Origin: Octopus vulgaris
Taxonomy: Eukaryota
Length of the DNA: 64,000 nucleotides
Direction: 5' to 3'
Assembly (NCBI GenBank): GCA_951406725.2
Contig: OX597828.1
Location: 18,414,001 to 18,478,000 of the forward strand
This document shows, piece by piece, positions 42,997-58,250 of the stretch; the stretch's first letter is position 1; every line of letters starts with the position of its first letter. Below the pieces are notes generated by a model. It did no database searches. It saw nothing but the letters and a program-made list of their open reading frames with translations, and was not told where the DNA came from. Position numbers and translations under genes: made by a program.

Positions 42997-43588
42997 AGAC
43001 GCAGGAGTGGCTGTGTTATATGCGCTGAATGGCCGTGTGATAAGTAGCTTGCTTCCACACCATATGGTGCTTGTTCAGTCCCACTACGCGGCACCTTGGA
43101 TAAGTGTCTCTGCTATAGCCTCCGGCCGCCCAAAGCCTTCTAAGTCGATTTGGTAGACGGCCATTGAAAGAAGCCCGTCGTATATATATGTATATATATT
43201 TGTTTGTCTGTGTTTGTCTTACCAACCTCCACAATCACCATCATCGCTTGACACCGGCTGTTGATGTGTTTATGTCCCCGTAACTTAGCGGTTCGGCAAA
43301 AGAGATGGATAGAATAAGTACTAGGCTTACAAAGAATATGTCCTGGGGTCGGTTTGCTCGACTAAAACCCTTGAAGGCGATGCTCCAGCATGGCCGCAGT
43401 CAAATGGTAGAAACATGTAAAAGAATAAAAGAATATATCGGAGTGGATGTGAAGTAGCTTGCTTACAAACCACAGGGATCCTGGTTCAGTCCCACTGCGT
43501 TGCACCTTGTCTTCTACAATAGCCTCGAGCCGACCAAAGCCTTGTGAGTGGATTTAGTAGACGGAAACTGGAAGAAGCCCATCGTATC

Positions 43589-43648
<60 letters not shown>

Positions 43649-43690
43649 GTGTGTGTGTGTGTGTGTGTGTGTATGTTTGTTCCCTCCACA
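42997..43690 (+). mobile_element. Two adjacent SINE family B copies (full 42997-43432, partial 43439-43690)
   Basis: Two heads with AAGTAGCTTGCTT and TTCAGTCCCACT; shared body. Confidence 0.85.
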
Positions 43691-44313
43691 CACATACACA
43701 CACACATGAACAACAAGAGTTTAATGAGTAACTATTCATACCTTTTTGCAAACAAGTTACAGATGCAAGTGCTACTAGTTGGATGCTCCGCATCCCGAAT
43801 GTTAGCAAGCGTACGGGATCACCAGGAGAGACTGCACGCTGATTTGAGACCTTCCTTTCGTTGGCATTATTGCGCACCGACCCTCCTCACAGTGATAAGG
43901 CCCTGCTTACTATGTCATCTGTTTACTTGGTGTTGCTCAGTATGCTAGCCATTGCTCATCTATTTTTAAACAAATCCAGTGGCTTGTCTTTTCCATTTTA
44001 GTCTGGATATCACTCATAATTGTGTTTACTTTATTATGAGCTAGACCTGGCGAGACGACAACAACAATCGCATCACACAGCGTCGAATGAAGCCTCTACA
44101 TCCAATTTCGATTGGTAAATGCTCTACTTTCCAGCCTCTTCCCTCACATACGTCAAGGAGGGTTTTATTTTATCACGGTCAATTTTTTGAGTTCGAACGA
44201 CGTCCGTGTTATCTTCATGAGAAACAGTTTACTCGGCTGCATTTAATATTTTCTTTCTTTCACGCCATGTGATAATATTTGGTCTCTTCGTAACTGGAAA
44301 ATTTTTAGAATGT

Positions 44314-44670
44314 AGGGGCGCAATGGCCCAGTGGTTAGGGCAGCGGACTCGCGGTCGTAGGATCGCGCTGTGAGTGTTTAATGAGCGAAAACACTTAAAG
44401 CTCCAATAGGCTCCGGCATGGGATGGTGGCGAACACTGCACTACTGCTTCACCACAACATTCTCTCACTCTTTTTCCCTGTTTCTGTTGTACCTGTATTT
44501 CGAAGGGCCAGCCTTGTCACACTCTGTGTCACGCTGAATCTCCCCGGGAACTACGTTAAGGGAACACGTGTCTGTGAAGTGCCTTGCCACTTGCACGTTA
44601 ATTTCACGAGGAGGCTATTCCGTTGATCGGATCAACTGGAGCCCTCGTCGTCATAACTGACGGAGTGCCA
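44314..44670 (+). mobile_element. SINE family C, subtype 2 (B box deleted)
   Basis: Colinear with 28190-28570. Confidence 0.9.
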
Positions 44671-44698
44671 CGATTTATAGAATATAGTATATATATAT

Positions 44699-45221
<523 letters not shown>

Positions 45222-45974
45222 TATGTAGTACATCTAAACTTGCACAGTATATAGATGGTGCTACAGCAATAGAGAACACGAATGCCTTCCAATGTGTTGT
45301 TTCATTTTCTTTCTTTTTTTATTAAACACTTTCTGTAAATACCTACTCACTACCGAATGGTCACATTGTAAGATTATATTTGTTTTTACTGTATTTGGTT
45401 CAATAAAAGATGTACGATCATGTGACGCACTCCAATATCGCAGCTCATATTTAGGAAGGAGTGGGCGTCAAGGACAAAAATAGTAAATGGAAGACCTACA
45501 TTTGCATATAGGAGCTGGCGTGATCTGTTTTCAGATAATTTTTAAAAAAAAAACTGCGATTTATATGGTATCAAATACCGTAATACTGACGCTGTGTACT
45601 ACGTTATATATTTTAACCTATTTCTCTTTTATCTGTCTGTCTCTCTCTCTTTCTCTCCATCTATTATTCTTACTTTCTCTTTCTGTGGTCTATGAATAGC
45701 AAAGCCAAACAAGACACTTTCTATTTAGTGCCGTTTTGCCTTTAAAACGACATTACTACATTTCCATCATTCATTTTCAGGAGGAACTTGGAACTGTCTT
45801 CAGAAAATTTGATTCGTTCTCGTTTCTCTCCCTTGAATACGAAACGTTAAAAAAAAAGCAATGAATTAAAAGCTATTTCAAATGTGTATATTAATTTAAT
45901 TCTAGCAAGGACAGCTTTTTCGCATATAATAAATAAATATTTTGTTTACCCACTTTTTATACCACAAGAAACAA

Positions 45975-46105
45975 TTTCTTTGTAAGCCTCTTACTTATTC
46001 TATCGGTCTCTTTTGCTGAACCACTAAGTTACTGGGACGTAAACACACCAGCATTGGTTGTCAAGCGATGATGAGGGACAAACACAGACACACAAACATA
46101 TATAC

Positions 46106-46150
<45 letters not shown>

Positions 46151-46312
46151 CGGCGGGTTTCTTTCAGTTTCCGTCAACCAAATCCACTCACAAGGCTTTG
46201 GTCGGCCCGAGGCCACAGTAGAAGACACTTACCCAAGGTGCCACGTAGTGGGACTGAATCCGGAACCATGTGGTTGGTAAGCAAGCTACTTACCACACAA
46301 CCACTCCTACGC
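45975..46312 (-). mobile_element. SINE family B
   Basis: Matches 40230-40573. Confidence 0.9.
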
Positions 46313-47136
46313 ACTAGTATAAAATAGTAATCAAAGGGGTCCACAGGTGAAAAAATGATTGAGAACCCCAGCTCCAAATTGATATCAGATCCTTCTTTCG
46401 GCTGTACATATACGACATCCCATTGTACCCAAAAGAATTGTAAGATGCCACAATAGTGACAATATATCGAAACAGATATCTGTTGCACAGAACCACCCTG
46501 TCAACTGATGCTTTAGTACGAGATCCCTCTCAATTTTCACTGAGCAGAGGGATCGATTACCTTGTCACGTGATTACGATGCGAGCTCTTTTACTACAGAG
46601 GAATACCTGCGACTATGTGGATATTTTCACTACTAGAATCTTGGGAAATAAAGATTTGAAATTTTAGTAATACTGCCGAAGGACACACAGAATTTACCAT
46701 CACAGAAGGGTTTGAACTTCGAGCGCTTTCTTGGGTGTCTAGCACCTTAACCTCATGTCTTTAGGCAAAATGTATTTAAATATTCAAAATAGCTGCGTTT
46801 CCTTATCTATTTTATGCTTGTTCATTTTTAAATAAATATTAAAATTTTAGTTAACAAAAAAATAACAGTAAAAACATTAAATATATTCTGAAGTTTTCCT
46901 CAATATTCAGTGAGAAGTCAATAAACGAAAATGGTTCCACACACGCACACATACGCGCACACTTTCTCTTTCACACAAACACACTTACTTATGTTAGTAT
47001 ATGTGTATGTATATATTTTGTATATGTATATATGCCTGTGTGTGTGTAGGTGGTAGATATACGTTTATATGTGTGAAGATGTATATATATATGTATATAT
47101 GTATGTATGCATATATATATACATATATATGCATAC

Positions 47137-47206
<70 letters not shown>

Positions 47207-47346
47207 ACATTTATAAATATATATATATATACATATATGCATATACATATATATATATATACATTTATATATATATATATATATATATACATTCATAAAT
47301 ATATATATATATACATTTATAAATATATATATATATACATTTATAA

Positions 47347-47413
<67 letters not shown>

Positions 47414-48454
47414 TATATATGCATGCGTACGTACATACATATGTGCACATAGTACATACGTACGTGAGTTTGTATACGCTTTTATTAAAATCTAAATATT
47501 ATTATTATGCTTATGTGGAACTCGCTGAAGAATTATCATATTAATGGGGTAAATTTAAATAATATCTGAAAATATAATTTTGGAAGATATGTTAAATAGT
47601 ACTGGCACACAGTTATCATTTACCTTTAGTTGAGTAAAAATGTTTGAGACGCTTCTTATTTCTCGTTTGTTTTATTTTACTATTTTCTTACTTTCATTTC
47701 TTATTTAAAATAAAATACATTACGCGCCTTTAACTCTTTTACTGGACTCTAGGTTTGCGATGTTAAATATGTATATGTACGCAGTGATAACTACCGCGAC
47801 GAGTTATATAGTTAAATATTGTAAAAAAATAAAAAAATTAATAAATTCGAACATCAGGAACGCGGTTTCATGGATAGCATGATTTTGTCTTCATTTTATT
47901 TATTTATTATTTCGTTTTTAATATTATTATAAACTTTTAAGTTTCTCAAAAGTCATGCTATTAATAATTCATAACTGCAAATTAGCATGTTCCTCTTCTT
48001 TCCTGTAGATATCTGGCAAAAATTCTCTCTCTCTGCCTCTCTCGTCAACGTAGAGAATTTCGTAAAATAAAATAAAATATACTAAAATAAATTAAAAAGA
48101 AAATACACCACCATTTCTAAGTATCAACTGATTGTCGGTTTCAAATTGAATAGGTTCGCTGGTTCGTATTTGGTAATTGTTTTACACTTGGCACTCTAAG
48201 CACTCATCTAATTGTAAAGAAATACAATGTTATGGCTTTCTGGCTTTCTGGTAGTTCAATCCGGACGCCCTTGGTAATTTACATATTTCGGGCAAAGAAT
48301 AGCCGTCCAAACTGTCACTAATTCTTCACTGGTGTTTATGGTTATTGATTCTCGAAAGCTAAAAGTACAAGTGAATGGTTTTAAGTTCTGTTAATAAGTA
48401 CTGTTGGAAATACGCAGCGGCTGCCAAAACAGCATTGAGAAAAGTCCAGTATAA

Positions 48455-48765
48455 TTGTTGTTGTTTGTTCCTTCTGGAGCCACGCCTGGCTCATGAGGGC
48501 CGGTTTCCCGGTTTCCTTGGCGTATAGGTTCCCAACTTGGACGGGACGCTGGTCCGTCGCAGGTGAGCTGCAAGATACAGGAGGAAAGAGTCAGAGAAAG
48601 TCGTGGCGAAAGAGTCAGCAGAAGTTCGCCATTGCTTTCTGCCGGAGCCACGCGGAGCTTAGGTGTTTCGCTCATAAACATACACATCAACGGGTCTGAG
48701 ATTCGAACCCACGATCCCTCGACCGCGAGTTCGCTGCTCTAACCACTAGGCCATGTGCCTCCACC
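48455..48765 (-). mobile_element. SINE family C, subtype 1, with target-site duplication
   Basis: Reverse complement of the 13563 type; CCAGTATAATT on both sides (~48446 and ~48765). Confidence 0.9.
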
Positions 48766-48847
48766 CAGTATAATTACACTAGTAAAAACTAAATAAATAA
48801 ATAAAATGAGTCCCTAGGTGGTCACGGAACATGGTATATATATTGGA

Positions 48848-48993
48848 CCGCTGAGGTCGACTTTGCCTTTCATCCTTTCGGGGTCGGTTAAATAAGTACC
48901 AGTTATGCACTGGGGTCGATATAATCGACTTAATCCGTTTGTCTATCTTTGTTTGTCATCTCTGTGTTTAGCCCCTTGTGGGTAGTAAAGAAA
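48848..48993 (+). mobile_element. SINE family A, 5'-truncated, tail type 1
   Basis: Matches 7785-7930. Confidence 0.85.
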
Positions 48994-49537
48994 TTGGTAT
49001 ATATAGCTGTTGAATTTTCCAGAAATTGCACCGAACAGCCTCAGAAATGTTAACACATTGGATAATATGGGTTCTACATATGTTTCATTAAACAATGTAG
49101 TCTTCGAAATAAAGGCGTTTTCGAGCAGTTCTAACCCGGAGTTGTGTCATTCCGAAATAAGGCTGTGCCATTAATCCTTTTATCCATACCTGTGGTTTTG
49201 AGTTCGAATCAACATAAAACAGCATTAATCATCCAAGATCTAAGTCAGTTTGCACAATAAGCAAATTGATAACTCTCTACGCAGCATGAATTCTTTGAAA
49301 TTTGCTAATTACCAAACAGTTTGCGATGTAATAACTCATGTTGGTATTCCCGCTGTAAAGGGAGGTGAATTTTGTTAAGATGGTTTAGGGAAGGAAATAA
49401 TATTCTTCGATTGCAATACACGCCGTACATTGTTAGAATTACCTCAACAGGTTTTCAGATGGACGTAATGAATAAAGCAAGGCCCCGTTTACATACTAAT
49501 AAAGTAATGTTTATTCTGGTATTCCGACAACGAATAA

Positions 49538-50169
49538 CCATCGTGACCACCATCATCATCGTCATCCTCATCATCATCATGATTATTATCATCGTCATCA
49601 TCGACATCTTTTTCTTCTGTTTTATCATAATAACCAGCATCATTATCATCGACGTCATCATCATCATCATCATCACAATCATCATCATCATCAACATCAT
49701 CATCATTACCTCCTTCATTATCATCATCATCACCATGATTATTATCATTATCATCATCGACATCTTCTTTTCCTTCTCCTCATCCTCCTTCTTCTGTTTT
49801 ATCATCATAACCAACATCATAATCATCGACGTCATCATCGTCATCGTCATCATCGACATCTTCTTCTTCTTCTTCTTCTTCTTCTTCTTCTTTTTCTCCT
49901 CCTCCTCTACTTCTTTATTATCATAACCAACATTATAACCATCGTCATCATCATCATTTTTGCCATCATCATTATCGTCAACACAATCATCATCATCTTC
50001 CTCGTCATTATTATCCTAATCTCCATAAATATTCTAATCATCACATCAGTATCAGCAGCAGCAGTAGCAGCAGCAACAGCAATAGCCGCAGTAGCATCGA
50101 TATCAGTACCATCATCATTATTATAATTTAAATCACCATCATCATCATCATCATCATCATCATCATAAC

Positions 50170-50222
<53 letters not shown>

Positions 50223-50330
50223 GTATCATAATTTAAATCATCATCATCATCATCATCATCATCGTCACCATCATCGTCATCAACATCAGTATTATAATTT
50301 AAATCATCATCATCATCATCATCATCATGT
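49538..50330. repeat. (CAT)n-rich field with higher-order repeats
   Basis: CTTCTGTTTTATCAT..ATCGACGTCATC duplicated ~177 bp apart; ATAATTTAAATCA occurs three times. Confidence 0.85.
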
Positions 50331-50682
50331 TCATCCTGAAAAAAAAATAATCGTTATTTCGGAAAATGTAATTATTCGCCGCTGGGGACAGCAGTTGGTC
50401 AGACTGCTTGGTTTATATCCTACTTAAAACAGCTCATTTGCATATGACTTTATAAAAATGCATATGCATATCGGATAAGAAGTCATTTGAATATTTTCTA
50501 TGAGGAATATCACATGAAGGAAGAATTCATGAGGTAAGAATATTCTATTTCGGTTGGTAATTTGAACCTGTTAAGAATTGGTGTTTTATGCAAACATACG
50601 TAACACACACGTATATATATATATATATATAGATGCGTGTGAGTGTGTATGTGTGTGCATATATATACATATATATATGTAG

Positions 50683-50724
<42 letters not shown>

Positions 50725-50747
50725 GTATATATATGTATGTATGTATG

Positions 50748-50812
<65 letters not shown>

Positions 50813-50870
50813 TCATTATGTATATAATATGTATGTATATATATGTGAGGTACATATATGTATGTATATA

Positions 50871-50945
<75 letters not shown>

Positions 50946-51005
50946 CGCACATATGTATATCTACATGCATATGCTTTCATATATATGAGTGTATGCGTGT
51001 GATTG

Positions 51006-51050
<45 letters not shown>

Positions 51051-51094
51051 CGTACATATACATATATTAATGTATATATGTGAACCTTGCCTCT

Positions 51095-51361
51095 TTCAAT
51101 TGCTTCACATCATTGAGACTGCGGCAATGCTGGAGCACCGGCGTGAAGGATTTTAGTCGAGTGAATCGACCCCAGTGCTTATTTGTTATTGTTTAATCCT
51201 GCTATTTAGTCTATCAACCCCCTATGCCGAACCACTAGTACACAGAGTCATAAACGCACCAATACCGGTTGTCAAGCTGTCTGAAATACACCGACACAAA
51301 GATACACACACGCACGCACAGCCATCTATGCATGTATACACTCACATACACATATATATAC

Positions 51362-51394
<33 letters not shown>

Positions 51395-51578
51395 TGTATG
51401 TATGTATGTGTGTGTGAGTGTTTGGAGTGTGTACCAAATCCGCACAAAAGGCTTTGGTCTGACGGAGGGTATAGTAGAAGATATCTGCTTAAGGTGTCAA
51501 AGAGAGGAACTGAACCCAGGACTATTAGGTTCAAAGACAAATTTATAAATATATTACCTCACAGCTACGCCTGCGCCT
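51095..51578 (-). mobile_element. SINE family B, degenerate
   Basis: GACTGCGGCAATGCTGGAGCACC...GGCTTTGGTC...CGCCTGCGCCT. Confidence 0.75.
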
Positions 51579-51585
51579 ACACATT

Positions 51586-51669
<84 letters not shown>

Positions 51670-51699
51670 TGGATGGATGGATGGATGGATGGATGGATG

Positions 51700-51762
<63 letters not shown>

Positions 51763-53148
51763 GATAGATAGATAGACAGATAAAACTTACTTGGAAAAGG
51801 ATGCGTGGCGTTCGATCATATAATAATATAAAGAATATATAAATATACGCATATATACATATATATATATGTACATACCTACATCTATATGTATATATGC
51901 ATGCATATATGGGTACAGGACATCAAAAAACGTTGAACACAATAAGAAACGAAAACATGAAAACAAAAGCATGGAAACGAACTTTTTTTCAAACAACGAA
52001 AAAACAGAGCAGAACACATACAACACAAGGAATATTCCCCTTCTTCAGTTGTTCCTGTTTCGTCTACTCCGCGTTACGAAGGTAAGGACAAGACGCGACT
52101 TCGTTGAAACAGTCCTTCCCACAAATAATTTTTCCATCATCTTGGCTTAACAGCTCTCCTCGTTTGTTTTTACTGTTTTATTCTCTTTGTTCTGTCTTTT
52201 ACTGTTTTTACTTCTATTGTTTTTACACTCTTGTTTTATTCTTACTGTCCTGTTCTTGTTACCACTTTTACCCGTCCGCAAAAAATCCCAAATTTTATTT
52301 AATTTGCTTTGCGTGTGTGTGGATGTGGGTGTGTGGTGTGTTATGGATGTGTTGTGCGTGTGGGTCTGTTGAAAAAGGTACATCAAATATCTGTTTTATT
52401 AAGATCATATTTTGCCTTAAGGCGGCGAGCAAGCAGAGTCGATAGCACTGGGATTGATGTAATTGACTATTCCCCTCCCCCTAATTTCGGTCCCTGTGGC
52501 CAATGCAGAAAGATTTTTTGATTTTTATTTGTAGTGAGATTGCAATGCATACCATTAAAATGACACTGGAGAACAAATATACAAAGCCAAGTACGCCCAC
52601 CATGACTACCCGTCTGATAAGGGTACACCAGGCACATGCATCACAACAATATGTGCGCGACATAGTGATCTCATATCAAGATGTACAGCACATGACCTAG
52701 CAGGTGGAGCCCAGTTAGAATTTTCTTCAGGTCGAGTAACTCATCCTACTCAAATGGTCCTTGAATAAGAGTTGTTTAAGAATGATGAACGAAACACCAA
52801 TGTTTCCAGAGGTGAATTATTCAAATCCGAAAGAATTACTCTAAACACTTGGCTATGATGCTCCCTCACTACTTCTGCTCGTGATCAGAGATGCACATAT
52901 CGTCAGCCACTAAGGGACATGGTCAACTGGTTAAGGTCAAACAACAGACAAGCAAATCTGTTTTATTGAGCAGAATATTTGCTATAGCCCATATTTTATA
53001 CCGAGACAAAACAATGTACATAATAAAATTTCCAGTCAGTTAAGAACAGAGGCCATGAGAGCTATTATTATTATTGTTAAGCTCACACACATCTCCACAC
53101 ACCAATGAGTTTAGAAATTGTTTGTGTTTTTTTCCAAGAAATTCGACA

Positions 53149-53195
<47 letters not shown>

Positions 53196-54408
53196 GGCTA
53201 TGATAATATTGATCAACCACTTCTAGCTGTCTTCAAATTGCATACTTTAGACGAGATATTGTGTTGTGACAACCATCAAATGACTACTAAGATGATTGTT
53301 TGTGCTAGGTACAACAAGGTGAAATACAGACACCAACGTCCGTCGGCTTCAAGTAAAGGTTACAAAGGAGTCGTAACATGATATATTTATTATTTTAATG
53401 CCAGTCTACTATAAATGATAAGAAAGTCTAGGATAAATGATAAATATCTGAAATAATGAAAAAACGTAATAGAAATAAATGTATTTAACTCTTTCATTTC
53501 ACATTTACTCATAGTAAAGGTAAATTACAATTTTCAAGCTAGTTAAATTGGCACAGTTACAATTTTCAAGCCAGTTACCTTAGTCATAGAATATTGCTAA
53601 TTTGTTAATCCCGAAAAAGGTTAAAATAAAAAAAATAATAATAAATAATGCATATGCCGTGTATATATGTGTATGTTTTCATATTATGTCCTTGTGTGAT
53701 AGATCTATTCAGTCAAGTTCTCTTGTATATTTCTAATTAGCAAAAAGAAACTTACCGAAATGTCAGCCTTTGTTAAAAATCTCTGATCTGACATTTAAAT
53801 AGACAACACATTTCTCAAGCTTCATAAATATACAGATTTTTTTCGAGAATTACGTAGCCCGCAGGTTTTACTTCCATTTATATATGACTTGTATCTTTCA
53901 AGAATTTTACATTGGATATCGGATGCATTATCGCGTTCTCTCAATACCCATACATTTTCGGATAAATTTCTGTTTCTGCAGGAAGAAATATAATTAAAAT
54001 AATTGTGCTTAAGTTTCCCCTACACAATAAAGAGACAATGTTTGGGCTCGCAATATAAGTTTAGAAAGTGTCGTCTGCTTTGTACATAATTTCATCGACA
54101 TACTAGAATAATTTTGAGTGCATTAGGTTTTGTTTCCGCATGAATAATCATTCTGTGTTTCTTCTGTCTGCCTCTTTTGTTATTTATATTTTTCTGGTTT
54201 CTGTAGCCATACTTAAAAACCTCCTTGAAGGTTCGTTTAGTCATTCATATCAGTCGCAGTACATATATCAGTTTGCTACTTATGTTATTCAACGCTATTT
54301 GTCGAGCGGACAGGTATATTTAGACAAGTGGAAACGTAACCACGCACATACTTTTAGGCATGTATGTATGCATGAATATATATATATATATGTATATATA
54401 TATGTATG

Positions 54409-54453
<45 letters not shown>

Positions 54454-54574
54454 TATATTCATGTATATATGTGAGTGTATGTATGTATGCATATATATAT
54501 ATATATGTGTATTATGTATGCTATATATATATATATATATACATACTTACATCCATACATACACACACATATGC

Positions 54575-54631
<57 letters not shown>

Positions 54632-56323
54632 ACTAAGGGTAAAAGTTATCATTAAAAAATAACAATTTATACTAATGGGTAGCATGCGTTAAAAACGTCC
54701 AAGGACTGAAAATTATATTCAAATATAGGAGGAAACCTCCTTTTGGAGTCGGTAAAATAAGCGTGGTTAGACGACTGGCGTCTACTTTCAGCATGTACGG
54801 AAACTACTTAGTGGCTTTCCGCTTAGATTTCTGTGTGTGTATATCATTCAACCACGGTAGTGTTTGAATATATTCTTAAGTCCACCATTTCGTCAATCGC
54901 AGTAGCTTCCAAGTTATACAACTAATTCAGTTCTCAATTAAATGGCAAACTGTTAATAGTTTTAAAGAGGACATCTCAGCTACGCACTGGCATAAATAGT
55001 TTGAGATTTGGTTCAGTAGAAAAACAGTTACATCGAAATATCTGCGACCTCAAGGGGGGGCAGTAAGGCAGATATTCATCTTCAATTAACATAATTTTTT
55101 AATTTTTAAATTAAAAGTACGCCTTTCTTAGGCTTAAATGATAGAAAAATGCATGAGGAATTCAGAATTGCTAGTCGCATTGAAAAATAGTTATGAGGTA
55201 AAATGTTACGAAATTTCATGTCAGTAAGTAAGGGAGTAACGCTTTAGCAATAAGAATAAAGAATATATTTCTAAAATGAATGTTTACTTTCTAAGGTGGT
55301 GAGCTGACAGAAACGTTAGCGAACCGGGCGAAATGCTTGACGGTATTTCGTCTGTCTTTACGGTTTTGTGTACAAATTATTTAATTTTTTTTAACTAAAC
55401 ACTTTCAAACTTCTGATACTGTAGAATATGTCACATAGAACAGGATTTATTCTTAACGTTTTTGACAAAATTTTGTATTTTAGAAGTTATTTCGTCAGAA
55501 GTTACAGAGTGACAATGAACAAATTTGTGTTTGATAAGTGCCAATACACGAAACTCTCAGCGTTTCACTTACTCTCTAAATTAGGCCGATGATATATATA
55601 CATATTACATATCTGTGTAAAAAATTCTCATCATGCAATTGAACCAATGAAAGAGTCACTACCTGGTCGCTCGACACGCTGAAAACAGCAGCCAAATTAT
55701 CCCCCTACCTAAATCATACGCTTATTGTATGTAATGTCCTAGATTATCCCTAATAAGACGGTTTGCTGCAGGCTGAAATGTCTTTCATGATACGTTTGCA
55801 GTATCGGGGTTTATTTGAGGCTAACTAACAACAACATTATGATCAATTTCTATATTAATACCTGCACGATTTTCACTAAAAAAAAAAATTGATTTTTTTA
55901 TGTGGAATCAAGTACCATGACCTCCTAATATGCTGCAAATCTATTATTTTGGTTCAGAAAAGATGAGGTGGGTGGTTCCCCCACAAAATCCCGGAATCAT
56001 TGGAAATTTTTTTTTTTCGTTGAATGAATTCCTATGACCTCCTAATATTGCAAAATTAGGTCACTTAAGGTGAGCCTGGTAACAAATAGTTTTGGGATCT
56101 TGTTGTTTGTAACTTTTGGTGAGCCATGGTGCAACCAACAACATGGCAAAAATCCCTGCCATTAATTTGGTGTGGATGGGTAATATCAAATAATGCAGTC
56201 ACAACATATATAAAATTAAAGACGAAAAAGATTGTAATATTATCATCACTTCATAAGGTAAAATCTTAAATTATCAATTGACACATTATTAATTATCTGA
56301 TAACAGTAATGTCTGGTAAAATC

Positions 56324-56835
56324 ATGGATTACATAAAAAATGCGAGCATGGAAAGTCATATTCTTAAGATTATAAACCTAGAAATGTACAGGACAAGTTA
56401 TTACACCTGTAAAAGTATAGGTCAAGCTATTCTTATATAGTAAAGAATAATATACTTTTTACTTAAAATATTGCAGCTAAAATTAAAATTTGAGTACTAA
56501 AACTTACTTTATTATAGTTTACAAATAACACTATACTCATTTAAGTAGAATTTGGCTAATTTACTAGCTTAAATACAGAAAAAAGTGACTAATAAGACAA
56601 AATTACAACTTAGCTGCACAGTTTTGTACAATAGATTTAAAAGATGAGAACTGTAAAAAGTGATAAATTAGAACTGGCATTCTTTGCTGCAATATTTTAA
56701 GTAAAAAATTTCTTATACTTTACTAGAATAGCATGTCCTATACTTTTACAGGTGTAATATCTTGTCCTGTACTTTTCCAGGTTTATAATCTTAAGAATAT
56801 AACTTGACATCCTCGCATTTTTCCATGTAATACAT
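56324..56835. mobile_element. MITE/foldback element with ~155-bp diverged terminal inverted repeats
   Basis: 56324-56481 is the reverse complement of 56684-56835 with scattered mismatches. Confidence 0.75.
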
Positions 56836-56893
56836 ATATATATAAGAAGTTTGAAAACGCCACTATATCAGATAAATTTTAATTTTCTTAGAG

Positions 56894-56941
56894 ATTTTAC
56901 ATGTTTCGGTTCTTCTTGAAAAAACGAACCTTATCAAAAAT
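56894..56941 (-). ncRNA. Type I hammerhead, U3:A8 variant (left arm)
   Basis: AUUU-UUGAUAA-GGUUC..GAACC-GAAA-CAUG-UA-AAAU. Confidence 0.7.
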
Positions 56942-57001
56942 ATTTTTAAAAGTTAAGTATAATAATTATGAACGTTTTTATTACACTTAACTTTTTAAAA
57001 T

Positions 57002-57050
57002 ATTTTTGATAAGGTTCGTTTTTTACAAGAAGAACCGAAACATGTAAAAT
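57002..57050 (+). ncRNA. Type I hammerhead, U3:A8 variant (right arm)
   Basis: AUUU-UUGAUAA-GGUUC guuuuuuacaagaa GAACC-GAAA-CAUG-UA-AAAU. Confidence 0.7.
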
Positions 57051-57141
57051 CTCTCAGAAAATTAAAATTTATCTTATATAGTAGCGTTTACAAACTTCAT
57101 TTTTTTATAAATATATACCCACTCGTATGCCACCAACACTT

Positions 57142-57198
<57 letters not shown>

Positions 57199-57423
57199 CA
57201 TACAAAATTTAAAGGGCTGACCACTAAAAAGTGGACAGTCAATATGCTAGATATAGACGTCAAAATCGCTATTTTCCACGAAGAATGTGTTCTCAAGAAA
57301 AAACTCAGCAAAAAACCAAAGTGTAAAAAATAAGCAAGACAAATGAAAATATACGAAATAAAAAAACCATTACCTATGTACTCATCAGTTTCACTTGTTA
57401 ATATTCACGTATATGTATATATG

Positions 57424-57557
<134 letters not shown>

Positions 57558-58081
57558 CTAGATAGATACAAACATAAATAGATATACGTATGCATGTATA
57601 TACGTGTGGAGGGTGAAATTGCGAAGATTAGTTAGGGTATTCAGTCACGGTTTTATATGGTTATGAGTTCGATTCTCGAGGGCGCGTTGTGTCTTTCACA
57701 TCGCTCCAGTCCATTCACCTTGCAAAAATTGGTAGTACTAGCATTTCAAACAGCCTTCTTTGTCACATTCTACGTCAGATTCACATTCTGACTCTCACTA
57801 AGACAACATTAAGGGTACGCTTGTCTGTGGATTGCTCAGACGCGTGCAAATATTCTGCAGGAGGTAGCGAAAGTCTAGATGAATTGTTCTGATGTCACTG
57901 ACATAGATGGGGCATATGTAAAGGACCCCAGGACGATTTTTCTTCTCCTCCGATATATTATGTTTTCAAACACAGCACGTCTATCATCGGTGTGTATACA
58001 TTGAATATAATAATTAGATGCCTATTTTAATTTCATTTAATACACAGAATATATAGCAAGTTATAAAATTGACTGCATTTG

Positions 58082-58250
58082 AAGGTGATGATTCGGCAGA
58101 ATCGTTAGCACGCTGGACAAAGTGCATAGCGACATTTCGTCCGTTTTTTTTTTTTTTCAAATGCCGCCGAGGTCGACTTTACCTTTCATCCTTTTGGAGT
58201 CGATAAAATAAGTACCAGCTGAATACTAGGAGTCGATGTAATTCACTTAT
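58082..58250 (+). mobile_element. SINE family A, degenerate
   Basis: GGCAGAATCGTTAGCACGC...CCGCCGAGGTCGACTTT..CCTTTCATCC. Confidence 0.8.

Larger units (their letters stand above)
56846..57098. mobile_element. Fold-back Penelope-like terminal repeat (arms ~120 bp)
   Basis: 56846-56965 is the reverse complement of 56978-57098; TA repeats on both sides. Confidence 0.8.

Noticed and set aside
50430-50540. Possible exon ending AG/GTAAGA (..[14 protein letters not shown])
   Set aside because: No good acceptor giving an open frame; upstream stops in all frames
52530-53062. Segment that looks like a familiar octopus interspersed repeat
   Set aside because: Single copy in this window with no termini or coding motif to verify
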